Origin: Macrostomum hystrix
Lineage: Eukaryota > Animalia > Platyhelminthes
DNA: 64,000 nt
Assembly (NCBI GenBank): GCA_950097015.1
Contig: CATNEN010000039.1
Coordinates: 14,632,001 to 14,696,000 of the forward strand
Reading direction: 5' to 3'
The position numbers were made by a program, and so were the translations under genes. Within the stretch, counting starts at the first letter, position 1. The number at the start of each line of letters is the position of its first letter. The notes below the pieces were generated by a model. It made no database searches. It saw only the letters and a list, made by a program, of their open reading frames with translations, and had not been told where the DNA came from. This document shows positions 25,701-36,800 of this stretch, one piece after another.

Positions 25701-28700
25701 CTGTGACAGCTGGAATCTGTGACAGCTGGCATCTGTGACAGCTGGCATCTGTGACAGCTGGAATATGTGACAGCTGGAATCTGTGACAGCTGGCATCTGT
25801 GACAGCTGGAATCTGTGACAGCTGGCATCTGTGACAGCTGGCATCTGTGACAGCTGGAATCTGTGACAGCTGGCATCTGTGACAGCTGGAATATGTGACA
25901 GCTGGCATCTGTGACAGCTGGAATCTGTGACAGCTGGAATCTGTGACAGCTGGAATCTGTGACAGCTGGAATCTGTGACAGCTGGAATCTGTGACAGCTG
26001 GAATCTGTGACAGCTGGAATCTGTGACAGCTGGCATCTGTGACAGCTGGAATATGTGACAGCTGGAATCTGTGACAGCTGGAATCTGTGACAGCTGGAAT
26101 CTGTGACAGCTGGCATCTGTGACAGCTGGAATCTGTGACAGCTGGAATATGTGACAGCTGGAATCTGTGACAACTGTCTTGCCCAATTGTCTATCTACAG
26201 CTATGTTCAGAGTCTATCCAATAGTTGATGTTTCTACATAAGTAGGCCTATATTTTAATTGTTTTAAGGAACTTGGCGGCTTCAGTCATCTGCTAGACGC
26301 CGAGTCCCTAGACTTCGACCTGCCACCATTCGCTGCGCCCCAGTCTGTGAGCATCCAGTACGTCCGCGACGTTGCCTCCTCTGTGCTGTTCCGCATGATT
26401 CGCTGGGTGCACGACAGGCGCAGGCTAAGAGACGCTGCGCCAGTCAGCGAACAGCTCGGCCACTGCTGGTGCGACGTCTTTGTGCTGTCGCTGTGCCAAT
26501 GCTCGCACCGCATTCCAATGCACGAGCTGCACTCGGCGCTGTCTAGACACCTGCACGGACTCAATGGCGCTGGTGCGTTGCGAGTGACATCGTGGCGTGA
26601 TACTGGCTGGGAAGAGTGGCATTGTGGCGTGATACTGGCTGGGAAGAGTGGCATTGTGGCGTCATACCGGCTGGGAAGAGTGGCATTGTGGCGTGATACT
26701 GGCTGGGAAGAGTGGCATTGTGGCGTGATACTGGCTTGGAAGAGTGGCATTGTGGCGTGATACTGGCTGGGAAGAGTGGCATTGTGGCGTGATACTGGCT
26801 GGGAAGAGTGGCATTGTGGTGTGATACTGGCTGGGAAGAGTGGCATTGTGGCGTGATACTGGCTGGGAAGAGTGGCATTGTGGCGTCATACCGGCTGGGA
26901 AGAGTGGCATTGTGGCGTGATACTGGATGGGAAGAGTGGCATTGTGGCGTGATACTGGCTGGGAAGAGTGGCATTGTGGCGTCATACCGGCTGGGAAGAG
27001 TGGCATTGTGGCGTGATACTGGCTGGGAAGAGTGGCATTGTGGCGTGATACTGGCTTGGAAGAGTGGCATTGTGGCGTGATACTGGCTGGGAAGAGTGGC
27101 ATTGTGGCGTGATACTGGCTGGGAAGAGTGGCATTGTGGTGTGATACTGGCTGGGAAGAGTGGCATTGTGGCGTGATACTGGCTGGGAAGAGTGGCATTG
27201 TGGTGTGATACTGGCTGGGAAGAGTGGCATTGTGGCGTGATACTGGCTGGGAAGAGTGGCATTGTGGCGTCATACCGGCTGGGAAGAGTGGCATTGTGGC
27301 GTGATACTGGATGGGAAGAGTGGCACTGTGGTGTGATACTGGCTGGGAAGAGTGGCATTGTGGTGTGATACTGGCTGGGAAGAGTGGCATTGTGGCGTGA
27401 TACTGGCTGGGAAGAGTGGCATTGTGGCGTCATACCGGCTGGGAAGAGTGGCATTGTGGCGTCATACCGGCTGGGAAGAGTGGCATTGTGGCGTGATACT
27501 GGATGGGAAGAGTGGCATTGTGGCGTGATACTGGCTGGGAAGAGTGGCATTGTGGCGTCATACCGGCTGGGAAGAGTGGCATTGTGGCGTGATACTGGCT
27601 GGGAAGAGTGGCATTGTGGCGTGATACTGGCTTGGAAGAGTGGCATTGTGGCGTGATACTGGCTGGGAAGAGTGGCATTGTGGCGTGATACTGGCTGGGA
27701 AGAGTGGCATTGTGGTGTGATACTGGCTGGGAAGAGTGGCATTGTGGCGTGATACTGGCTGGGAAGAGTGGCATTGTGGTGTGATACTGGCTGGGAAGAG
27801 TGGCATTGTGGCGTGATACTGGCTGGGAAGAGTGGCATTGTGGCGTCATACCGGCTGGGAAGAGTGGCATTGTGGCGTGATACTGGATGGGAAGAGTGGC
27901 ACTGTGGTGTGATACTGGCTGGGAAGAGTGGCATTGTGGTGTGATACTGGCTGGGAAGAGTGGCATTGTGGCGTGATACTGGCTGGGAAGAGTGGCATTG
28001 TGGCGTCATACCGGCTGGGAAGAGTGGCATTGTGGCGTCATACCGGCTGGGAAGAGTGACATTGTGGCGTCATACCGGCTGGGAAGAGTGGCATTGTGGT
28101 GTGATACTGGCTGGGAAGAGTGGCATTGTGGCGTGATACTGGCTTGGAAGAGTGGCATTGTGGCGTGATACTGGCTGGGAAGAGTGGCATTGTGGCGTGA
28201 TACTGGCTGGGAAGAGTGGCATTGTGGCGTGATACTGGCTGGGAAGAGTGGCATTGTGGCGTGATACTGGCTGGGAAGAGTGGCATTGTGGCGTGATACT
28301 GGCTGGGAAGAGTGGCATTGTGGTGTGATACTGGCTGGGAAGAGTGACATTGTGGCGTGATACTGGCTGGGAAGAGTGGCATTGTGGCGTGATACTGGCT
28401 GGGAAGAGTGGCATTGTGGCGTGATACTGGCTGGGAAGAGTGGCATTGTGGTGTGATACTGGCTGGGAAGAGTGACATTGTGGCGTGATACTGGCTGGGA
28501 AGAGTGGCATTGTGGTGTGATACTGGCTGGGAAGAGTGGCATTGTGGTGTGATACTGGCTGGGAAGAGTGGCATTGTGGTGTGATACTGGCTGGGAAGAG
28601 TGACATTGTGGCGTGATACTGGCTGGGAAGAGTGGCATTGTGGTGTGATACCAACTGGGAAGAGTGACATTGTGGTTTGAAATTTTCTTATCTCTCAGCT

Positions 28701-29725
28701 GACAGACTAGCGAATTCTCCCATATCCCAATCTAGACGGTGTTCATTGCACCGAGTTAGACAGAATCCTGGCCGAGATTGACAAACTGAAGCACATCATC
28801 GGCATGTTCAGCGACGCCCGAGTGACAGGGCTTGAGTACGCCTACCTGAAGCTCATTGCGCTGTTCGAGCCAGGTGTGCTATTGTCTTTCTTGATAGACA
28901 CGTGCAGTCTACACCAACTACAAGCTTCAATAAGCCCCTCCAACTGCTGAATTTTTAGTCTTCTGCGCTCCAACGGAAGACGCAACCCACTCGCTACTGA
29001 CGGCGATGCAAGAGCGAGCAGTCAGTGAGCTGCTCAGCCATCTGCACGCCACAATGGGCGGTCCGTTAGCTGGCTACGAGCGTCTTGCTCAACTACTACT
29101 CAGAATCAGCTCAATCCGGACCTTGGATAAGGCGCGTATTAAAGAGATCTTCTTCTCAGGTTGGTTGACAAGTGTTACCTGAATAGCTTTCAATGCGAGC
29201 CGTTCATCTATACAGTGACTTAATAATAATAATTGCAGGAGGGCTGCGGGCAATGGCACATCATTTGGTGACACTAGACCCGCAACCAGCGAGGAGGCAA
29301 TTCTGCCCATTTCGCTGACTCCTGAGCACACACGCACACAGATACCGTACGCAGGCATACGCTCACACAGGTGTGTACATCTGCCCTGACTTTCTCATCG
29401 TCAGGCAGTGTACAGTTCACTGTGCATTGGAGGTTGGCCCTCAGAAAAAATAGAAGAATGTGGTAATGCCCAACAAATTTTTAATAATCCCGCAGAACAA
29501 ATAGGTCCCATACCCATGGAGACGCTGATGCCGTTTATTCTAAACAGCGGCAACCTGCCTCCGGCTCCGCCGCCACCGCCGCCACCGCAGCCGCCTCCGC
29601 TGCCACCGCAGCCGACGATTTCGCAGCAACAGCAGCAGCAGCAGATGTCATTGCTCGGCCATTTGCCGCAGCAGGAGTTGCTTCAGAATCACCTGCTCTA
29701 TCAGCGTCATTCAGTTCTGCAGTAT

Positions 29726-29759
<34 letters not shown>

Positions 29760-29851
29760 CCCAGCAAGAACAATTTCCGCAGCTGAAACGAGAGCTCAGT
29801 CCGAGTACCAGCTCAGAAGATGGCTGCGTTAAGAGGCAACGGTTCAATTAA
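19759..29851 (+). CDS. NR2C: Orphan nuclear receptor, TR2/TR4 (NR2C / HR78-like), about 820 aa; exons 19759-20208, 24247-24495, 24822-25586, 26269-26572, 28736-28873, 28959-29159, 29496-29851
   Basis: The C4 zinc-finger [35 protein letters not shown]...[26 protein letters not shown] closely matches TR2/TR4. LBD segments [43 protein letters not shown] and [13 protein letters not shown]...[21 protein letters not shown] align with the TR4 LBD. All six introns are GT-AG and phase-consistent (0,0,0,1,1,1). The start codon and first two exons are less certain. AATAAA at 30321. Confidence 0.9.
20465..21090. repeat. Pyrimidine-rich minisatellite, 16-bp unit TGTCTCATCTCTCCCC
   Basis: Degenerate tandem copies in NR2C intron 1. 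Same motif, on the opposite strand, as the repeat inside the hAT MITE at 57670-58040. Confidence 0.9.
21530..22252. repeat. Minisatellite, 26-bp unit CCCTGAGGATAGAACGGCACTCTATC
   Basis: About 27 tandem copies in NR2C intron 1. Confidence 0.95.
24048..24119 (-). tRNA. tRNA-Ala (anticodon CGC)
   Basis: Minus strand reads GGGGATGTAGCTCAGAGGTAGAGCGTTCGCTTCGCATGTGAAAGGTCTCGGGTTCGAACCCCGACTTCTCCA, 72 nt with a full cloverleaf, G3:U70, A and B boxes, and anticodon loop TTCGCAT. An oligo-T terminator lies about 10 nt downstream (A5 at 24034-24038). Confidence 0.92.
24605..24652 (-). mobile_element. SINE family 2 head fragment
   Basis: Reverse complement CTTGAAGGTCGGTGGTTCGATTCCCAACTCCATTGG matches the head of the 31079 copy. 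Confidence 0.55.
25604..26172. repeat. Intronic minisatellite, 16-bp unit TGTGACAGCTGG(A/C)ATC
   Basis: About 35 copies starting about 17 nt after the donor at 25586. Confidence 0.95.
26592..28676. repeat. Intronic minisatellite, 32-bp unit GTGGCATTGTGGCGTGATACTGGCTGGGAAGA
   Basis: About 65 copies filling nearly the whole intron 26573-28735, with a 576-bp higher-order duplication. Confidence 0.96.
29221..29443 (-). mobile_element. SINE family 1, 5'-truncated copy in NR2C last intron
   Basis: High similarity to copies at 41312, 49886 and 51151, with a (TTA)n tail. Confidence 0.85.
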
Positions 29852-29854
29852 ACT

Positions 29855-30250
29855 GATTGTGCGCCTGTGCACACGATTGTGCGCCTGTGTACACGATTGT
29901 GCGCCTGTGTACACGATTGTACGCCTGTGTACACGATTGTGCGCCTGTGTACACGATTGTGCGCCTGTGTACACGATTGTGCGCCTGTGTACACGATTGT
30001 ACGCCTGTGTACACGATTGTGCGCCTGTGTACACGATTGTACGCCTGTGTACACGATTGTGCGCCTGTGTACACGATTGTGCGCCTGTGTACACGATTGT
30101 GCGCCTGTGTACACGATTTTACGTGTGTGTACATCATTCAATTGTACACTGTGTACTCGTGTGTACATCTGTCTGCCTGTATGTACATCAGTTAACTCGT
30201 GTGTACATGTGTGTACTCTCGTGTGTACAGCTGTGTACTCGTGTGTACTC
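29855..30250. repeat. 3'UTR minisatellite, 20-bp unit GATTGTGCGCCTGTGTACAC, decaying after 30118
   Basis: Begins about 3 nt after the NR2C stop codon and lies upstream of AATAAA at 30321. Confidence 0.9.
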
Positions 30251-31078
30251 ACGCGTTTGAGTCTTCATTGGCATTCCACCCCACTGAATGAGTGACCCGA
30301 CTCAATCAAGACAATTAGAAAATAAAAAATTAGAAGCGCCAGTTAAAAAAAATTTGCCACTTGTTTTCGGACCAGTCATATGTACTTTTATTGCTATGAA
30401 GAAAAGTACATCCGTGTTTTAGACTCGAAGATCAGATAGGTTTTTTCTTGTTTCAGTCATAATTTCCGTCGTCTCATTAAATTATTATTCTGTAGCCATA
30501 TTCCTCTTGATTTAGACAATATTGTACCGAAGAAGCCTAGAACTACACCGATAATGCTAGCAGTTATTTTTGCCATTTGCCATATTTTGTCACGGCTCTA
30601 CTGCGAGTAGCTTGTGCCGATTGTTCGCATTCTATTTTCAAGTTTTGTAAAATTAACAAGAAAGATTCTGTAATATTTTTTTACTGCCGAAAAATTAAAA
30701 AACACTGTCTAGAGATTGCAGTCGCATTAAATTGACTAACAAGATGACTGAACAGTAGTTAAGTTAGTAAGTTACTCCCGCCGTTTACCTATTGCAGCAA
30801 CATAAAGCCAAAATAGCTTAGTCACCCTATAATCATTTTAGCTTCATTACCTGTCTCAGTCTGCTACGCCAGCTGGTGGACTGATTATATTTTTTCAGAA
30901 AATTTGCGCCTAATTTTATTTTCCTAGCGCACAGTTTTTTGTGTTCTCGAGTCCACTTGTTATGTCGCATTTCGCCGCTTTACCTGTACTCAGTCAGTAC
31001 AGCCCTGACTGGCATTTTGTGTTCTGCTATCGCCACTGTCTGTCTGCCAGCCTGTCTGCCTGTCTGTCTCTCAACACT

Positions 31079-31400
31079 GTGGGGTTGTTGCCTAGTGTGA
31101 TTAGAGCTTCGGACTCACGACTTGAAGGTCGGGGGTTCGAATCTCAACTCCAATGGAAAAATTTGGGTCCTTGTTCAAAACACTTAATTCTGTATTGCTT
31201 CAATTTCGCCCAGCTGTTTAACGGGTACAAGCATTAGCTGCGGGTTATTAAGGGTGTGTGTGTGTGTCTGGCGTCTCCCCAGTCCATGGACTGAATAGCC
31301 AGCCGTGCGCAGCTTTCAGATGCGCCGCGCAATAGCTGCGGCTGTGCTGTCTGCCGCACATCTGACTTAAGTAAGGGTGTAATCAATCATTACTATTATT
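31079..31400 (+). mobile_element. SINE family 2, near full length, tRNA-derived head with CORE-like central domain
   Basis: A-box-like TTGCCTAGTGTG and B box GGTTCGAATC. The central CCTTG..CAAAACACTTAATTC..TTGCTTCA..CCCAGCTGT..AACGGGTAC resembles the CORE-type SINE domain. The 3' part with palindrome CAGTCCATGGACTG recurs several times in the window. Confidence 0.75.
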
Positions 31401-31417
31401 TTTATTGCCTGTCTACC

Positions 31418-31449
<32 letters not shown>

Positions 31450-31804
31450 GCGCCAATCTGTCTCTACTTCCTATCTAAACTTCTACTTGATGGAGGGGAG
31501 CAGAAAGTTTATTTTTTTAAAGCTATTTTCATTGCTAAGCGCCATTTGTTAGATCATATTCAGCCCTTAATTAGGCCCATTGAAACTCTGTGAGGACTTT
31601 GAGGAATTGCAATATTTAACTCACTTTATTACACCTACACTAAAATCAAAACTGGGAATCAACTGCGTTAAAACAGTCATCGTTTTGTGTTTTAAGTGCC
31701 ACATAATATATATCCAGGACTCTTTTAAATTTGTTGCTTATTTGTTACATTAATGCAGTCTTCTTGTGTGTGTTGTTAGGTGTAATTTTATGCAACGTTA
31801 TCTT

Positions 31805-32335
31805 TTGTCTCTCCCCTGTCTCCCTCTCTGTCTCTCCCCTGTCTCCCTCTCTGTCTCTCCCCTGTCTCCCTCTCTGTCTCTCCCCTGTCTCCCTCTCTCT
31901 GTCTCTCCCCTGTCTCCCTCTCTCTGTCTCTCCCCTGTCTCCCTCTCTCTGTCTCTCCCCTGTCTCCCTCTCTCTGTCTCTCCCCTGTCTCCCTCTCTGT
32001 CTCTCCCCTGTCTCCCTCTCTGTCTCTCCCCTGTCTCCCTCTCTCTGTCTCTCCCCTGTCTCCCTCTCTCTGTCTCTTCCCTGTCTCCCTCTCTCTGTCT
32101 CTTCCCTGTCTCCCTCTCTCTGTCTCTCCCCTGTCTCCCTCTCTCTGTCTCTCCCCTGTCTCCCTCTCTGTCTCTCCCCTGTCTCCCTCTCTCTGTCTCT
32201 CCCCTGTCTCCCTCTCTCTGTCTCTCCCCTGTCTCCCTCTCTCTGTCTCTCCCCTGTCTCCCTCTCTCTGTCTCTCCCCTGTCTCCCTCTCTCTGTCTCT
32301 CCCCTGTCTCCCTCTCTCTGTCTCTTCCCTATCCC
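31805..32335. repeat. Pyrimidine minisatellite, 23/25-bp unit CTGTCTCTCCCCTGTCTCCCTCT(CT)
   Basis: Tandem copies seen directly. Confidence 0.93.
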
Positions 32336-33654
32336 CTCCCTCTGCCAGTCTGCTGTCTGTATTATTCTCTGCCCTTGATTATTTTATTATGTAATGGATA
32401 AGCAAAAACTAGCCAGTAAGATATCGAATTCTTGGCTATGATATAATATGCAGATTTCGACACAGCCACACACACACATACATAGCGCCTTGCACTCACA
32501 GAAATGCTACCTACTTGCTACTATACTAAGTTTTGTCCATTTGTTTGTGCTTTTTTGTCTGGGTCTTTTCGTGCTTTCTTCGTTTGATAAACCTACATTA
32601 TAGCTCGTTTCTGCATACAAATATAGATATTGTTTATAAAAAATAAAAAGCACACTTATTTATTACAATAATTAGTTGCAGAACAGGCGCGTGCCGTAAT
32701 GCAGTGGGCTTACTACATGTAAACATTATTTTTTTGCGTTCGAAAATCTATTTAGGTTATTCTAACGTTATGATTGCCAGCTACGTTAGAACTGTCTATG
32801 GCTCAAAGCCGTACCGCTTAGATACGAGATGTATATATTAACTATCAATCAATTTTTGCCATAGACACCAATTAAACAGGCTAATGCGCGCCCTTGCGTG
32901 CTATCTTACATGATGAAAATTATTTTTTTTCGTTGCCTAAGAGTACACTTCTCATTTATAACAATTCAGTACATCTATACTTTTACCATGAACGAATGCT
33001 TTTCTACCATAGACAATTATTTAGTTAGCTCGTCTAATAAAATAAAATACAACGCGGGGATTAAACACTAGCGAAGGCTCTGGAGATATAAAATACGATT
33101 GCTTATTTAATCGTTAAAAAATTGGACTATTCTGAGCCGGGAATGTGTTGTCTATGGTAATTTTTGGTGAGATTATTTGACAAAAACCGGGATATTATAT
33201 CATATAATCTCCTCGAAATAAGGAGCATTATATGGAACATTGAAGTGAACTTTGAATTCGGCTTTAACGTTTTGCCACCACTGACTGACTGGCTGCTTCG
33301 TGACTGCAGTATCTTCGTGAGAAATTTATTTTTTTTGTCTATGGTCGGAATCAAATGGTCTAAACCTATATGTCCATCAATCAGATGAGATGCCCCCGAA
33401 AAATAAGCAATCGAATTTCATGTATGATAAACGCCGTTTATTATTTACTTAATCCCATACCGACCTCAAAGCCATAGAATATTTTCCACTTATTCGTCCC
33501 GGAAGAATTAACGATTTATTTGAAGCTCTACGCAAGACTGGGTCAAGCCTGGGAAACATTTGCACTTGTTTCTCTGGCCTGTGGCTGCGCATTGGCCGAA
33601 AATAACAAGTTCTCCGTCGTTCTCACGGCCGCAGATAAATAAATAAACGCGAGA

Positions 33655-33830
33655 TATCCTATCTTATCTTATCTTATACCCATTGCGCGGCGCATCTGAA
33701 GGCTGTTTCGTACGGCTATTCAGTCCATGGACTGGGTACGGGGAGAAGGCTCCATATCCACGCTCAATTACCCGGCAGCTAAAGCTGGATTAGCAGAATC
33801 TAAAGATGAATCGAACCCCTGACCCTCCTT
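33655..33830 (-). mobile_element. SINE family 2 copy in the 3'UTR of the GPI-protein gene
   Basis: Minus strand has B box GGGGTTCGATTC, CAGTCCATGGACTGAATAGCC, CTTCAGATGCGCCGCGCAAT and a (TAAGA)n tail. It starts about 5 nt after the stop codon. Confidence 0.75.
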
Positions 33831-33834
33831 GTAG

Positions 33835-36800
33835 CTACATGTACACGCAAATCAGTAAAATGGGCATTAAAAGCCAGCAACAGCTCGATGCCATTGTCTC
33901 AGAATTGTCAGCCGCCTCAGTCTGACGACAGTCTCGGAGCTGTAGGCTGTCCAGTATGTCCAGACTGTAATTCCTATCGACGTAGCGGCCATTGCAGTCC
34001 AACTCGTAGCGTCTTACTGAGTTTTTCAACCTGACCAGGGTGCCAAACAGCTGACCAACTGGCAGACCACACTGCTCAGCCATGGCGTTCTCAAGGCAGT
34101 CGGTGGCTCGATTCAATGCCAGTTCAAGGTCGGCCTCAGTGAATGCGGCATAGTCGGTGCAACGGATCTGCCACAGGCTGAAGAGTATTCGGCTTGCCCG
34201 ACGCTCAACTGAGTGGCATTTGGCCAAGCTGGCCGACCGCATGCAGGCCTGACTGCTACGGAAGGCTGGAAGTTCGGCGAGCTGAGTATAAACAAATTGA
34301 GTATAAACAAATTGAGGATCGACGGATTGAGAATCGGCGGATTGAGAATCGGTAAGTAGAGAATCGGTGAATTGGGAATCGGTGAATTGGGAATCGGTGA
34401 ATTCAGAATCGGTGAATTGAGAATCAGTGAATTGAGAATCGGTGAATTGAGAATCGGTGAATTGAGAATCGGTGAATTGAGAATCGGTGAATTGAGAATC
34501 GGTGAATTGAGAATCGGTGAATTGAGAATCGGTGAATTGAGAATCAGTGAATTGAGAATCGGTGAATTGAGAATCGGTGAATTGAGAATCGGTGAATTGA
34601 GAATCGGTGAATTGAGAATCAGTGAATTGAGAATCAGTGAATTGAGAATCGGTGAATTGAGAATCGGTGAATTGAGAATCGGTGAATTGAGAATCGTGAA
34701 TTCAGAATCCGTGAATTGAGAATCGGTGAATTGAGAATCGGTGAATTGAGAATCGTTGAATTGAGAATCGGTGAATTGAGAATCGGTGAATTGAGAATCG
34801 CTCACCTTCCGCGCGTGAGCAGACGAACTCCAGCTGGTGTAGTGTCACCTTCCAGTCGAACGTGGCCCGAATCAGGTTGAAGCCAGCGGGGCACGAGTCC
34901 CTGACCTCACTGGCGGCTGCTTCATAGCCTTGCAGAGCGCTTTCAGGTTAGAGTTTAAACGAGAGTGTGATTGGTTAGACTTTGATGCAAACCAAGGCTA
35001 CAAAATTTTTCAATCTTAGTATGAAGGCAGATAAAATTCTGCCTTAGAAAGACCTTATACGCCAAAAACAATTTAATTGGCCATCCCAACGGAAATCTTC
35101 ATTTCCGAAATCAACAGCTAAAACTACAAGCAGAAATCACGAACTAAGAGTCCTTGTCGAAGACAAAAGATCCAAGTCCCGAATCCCGATTCAAAACAAA
35201 TCATCAAAAATCCTTTAAAAAATCCTCAAAGAAAACAAAAAATTCCATTCATAACTAGAAATTTCTAAACCAAACTAAAAATTCCCAAATCGAAAATAAA
35301 ATCCCAATCCAATCCCAAACTAAAAATCTCAATTTTGAACTAATAATCCCGATCCCAAACTTAAAAAATAAAAATTCAGAGCTAAAAATCCTGATTCCAA
35401 ACTAAAAATCCTGATTCAGAACTAAAAATCCTGATTCGGAACTAAAAACATTAATTCAGAACTGAAAATCCTGATCCCAAACTAAAAATCCCATTCCCAA
35501 ACTATAATCCTAATTCGGAATTAAAAATCCCAGTACCAAACTAAAAATCGCGATCCAGAAAAAATTTCCCAGACTGAATCACATTTGCGTTATCTTGCTA
35601 ATTTTAGCTAATTTTGTTATCCTAAGCATTTTTCAAAGGACTCCTGAAAGAACTGAAGGATCCCCTCACCGGCAGATGCCAGACCTTCCTGTCAACCCGT
35701 CACCGGCAGCGGCTGTCGTCAGTATCGGATGGGCCGACTCGAAGCTGCCAGCGACAACGCGTTGAAATTCCTGACGAATTCGACGCAGTCGCTCTTGGAA
35801 GCCCGTTGAGCAGCCTGGCCCATAGACAAAGGCTTCGGGATGGGGGATTCGGGATTCGGTAGAATCAGAATGATTTATCTTGAGTTGCAGAGTATCAAGA
35901 CAAAAACAAAATGAGAATCGATAGTTGGTCAGGAATCGATAATGTTGGTCATGAATCGATAGTGGGTCAGTAATCAATAGTGTGGGTCAGGAATCGATAG
36001 TGTGGGTCAGGAATCGATAGTGTGGGTCAGGAATCGATAATGGGTGGGTCAGGAATCTATAGTGTGGGTCAGGAATCGATAGTGTGGGTTGAGTCACTGC
36101 TCACCGAACTGAGGCCACAGAAAGCTGTAGGTGCCGTTACAGGCTGCAAGGCCCAGCATATGAATCGCAACTGGTCGAAAGTGGTCGAGGGTTCGCGCCC
36201 TATCTCTGCAACCGGTCTGCACTAGGGCTGCCAGACAGCCTAGGTATTCGTTGCTAAGGACGCATTGGCCGGCCAGGCCTAGCCTATTGCGCAACGAGTA
36301 CATTAGACTGCATCTCTGGGCCAGGTAGCCGCTGAGCTGGCTTGAGATGCATTGCGCAGATCTCGAATAATCTGCAACATTGCGATTTTAGGAGATTTTC
36401 ACATGAAAACAAAAATCTTTAATAAATATTTAGTTTGATTTGCCACACACCCGTCTGACAAACGCCTTTGTAGTAACCAAGAAGTCTAAAAATATAATCA
36501 TTCTGCTTCTGCTTCCACCAGCTGCACTTTGACCAGATGCCACTGTTGTGATGCAGCACCGACGCCTGGCATGGTATATAGGCGCGGAGACTGCTGCGGA
36601 TTGTGCAAGGGTGGCGTTAGCAGTCGCTCAGGGAGCTGACACAGTCAGGGAGCTGACACAGTCAGGGAGCTGACACAGTCAGGGAGCTGACACAGTCAGG
36701 GAGCTGACACAGTCAGGGAGCTGACACAGTCAGGGAGCTGACACAGTCAGGGAGCTGACACAGTCAGGGAGCTGACACAGTCAGGGAGCTGACACAGTCA

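Noticed and set aside
28699-28735. Stronger-looking acceptor tctctcag at 28698 for the NR2C LBD exon
   Set aside because: It leads to stops in all frames. Only the tctag acceptor at 28735 preserves the LBD frame.
29270-29320. SINE family 1 contains GCCTCCTCGCTGG and GCGAAATGGG, resembling HDV ribozyme P3/L3 and J4/2
   Set aside because: The elements are in the wrong order, the P1.1 GG and a proper P2 are missing, and both motifs are explained by pairing with each other in one hairpin. An in vitro self-cleavage test would be needed to revive the idea.
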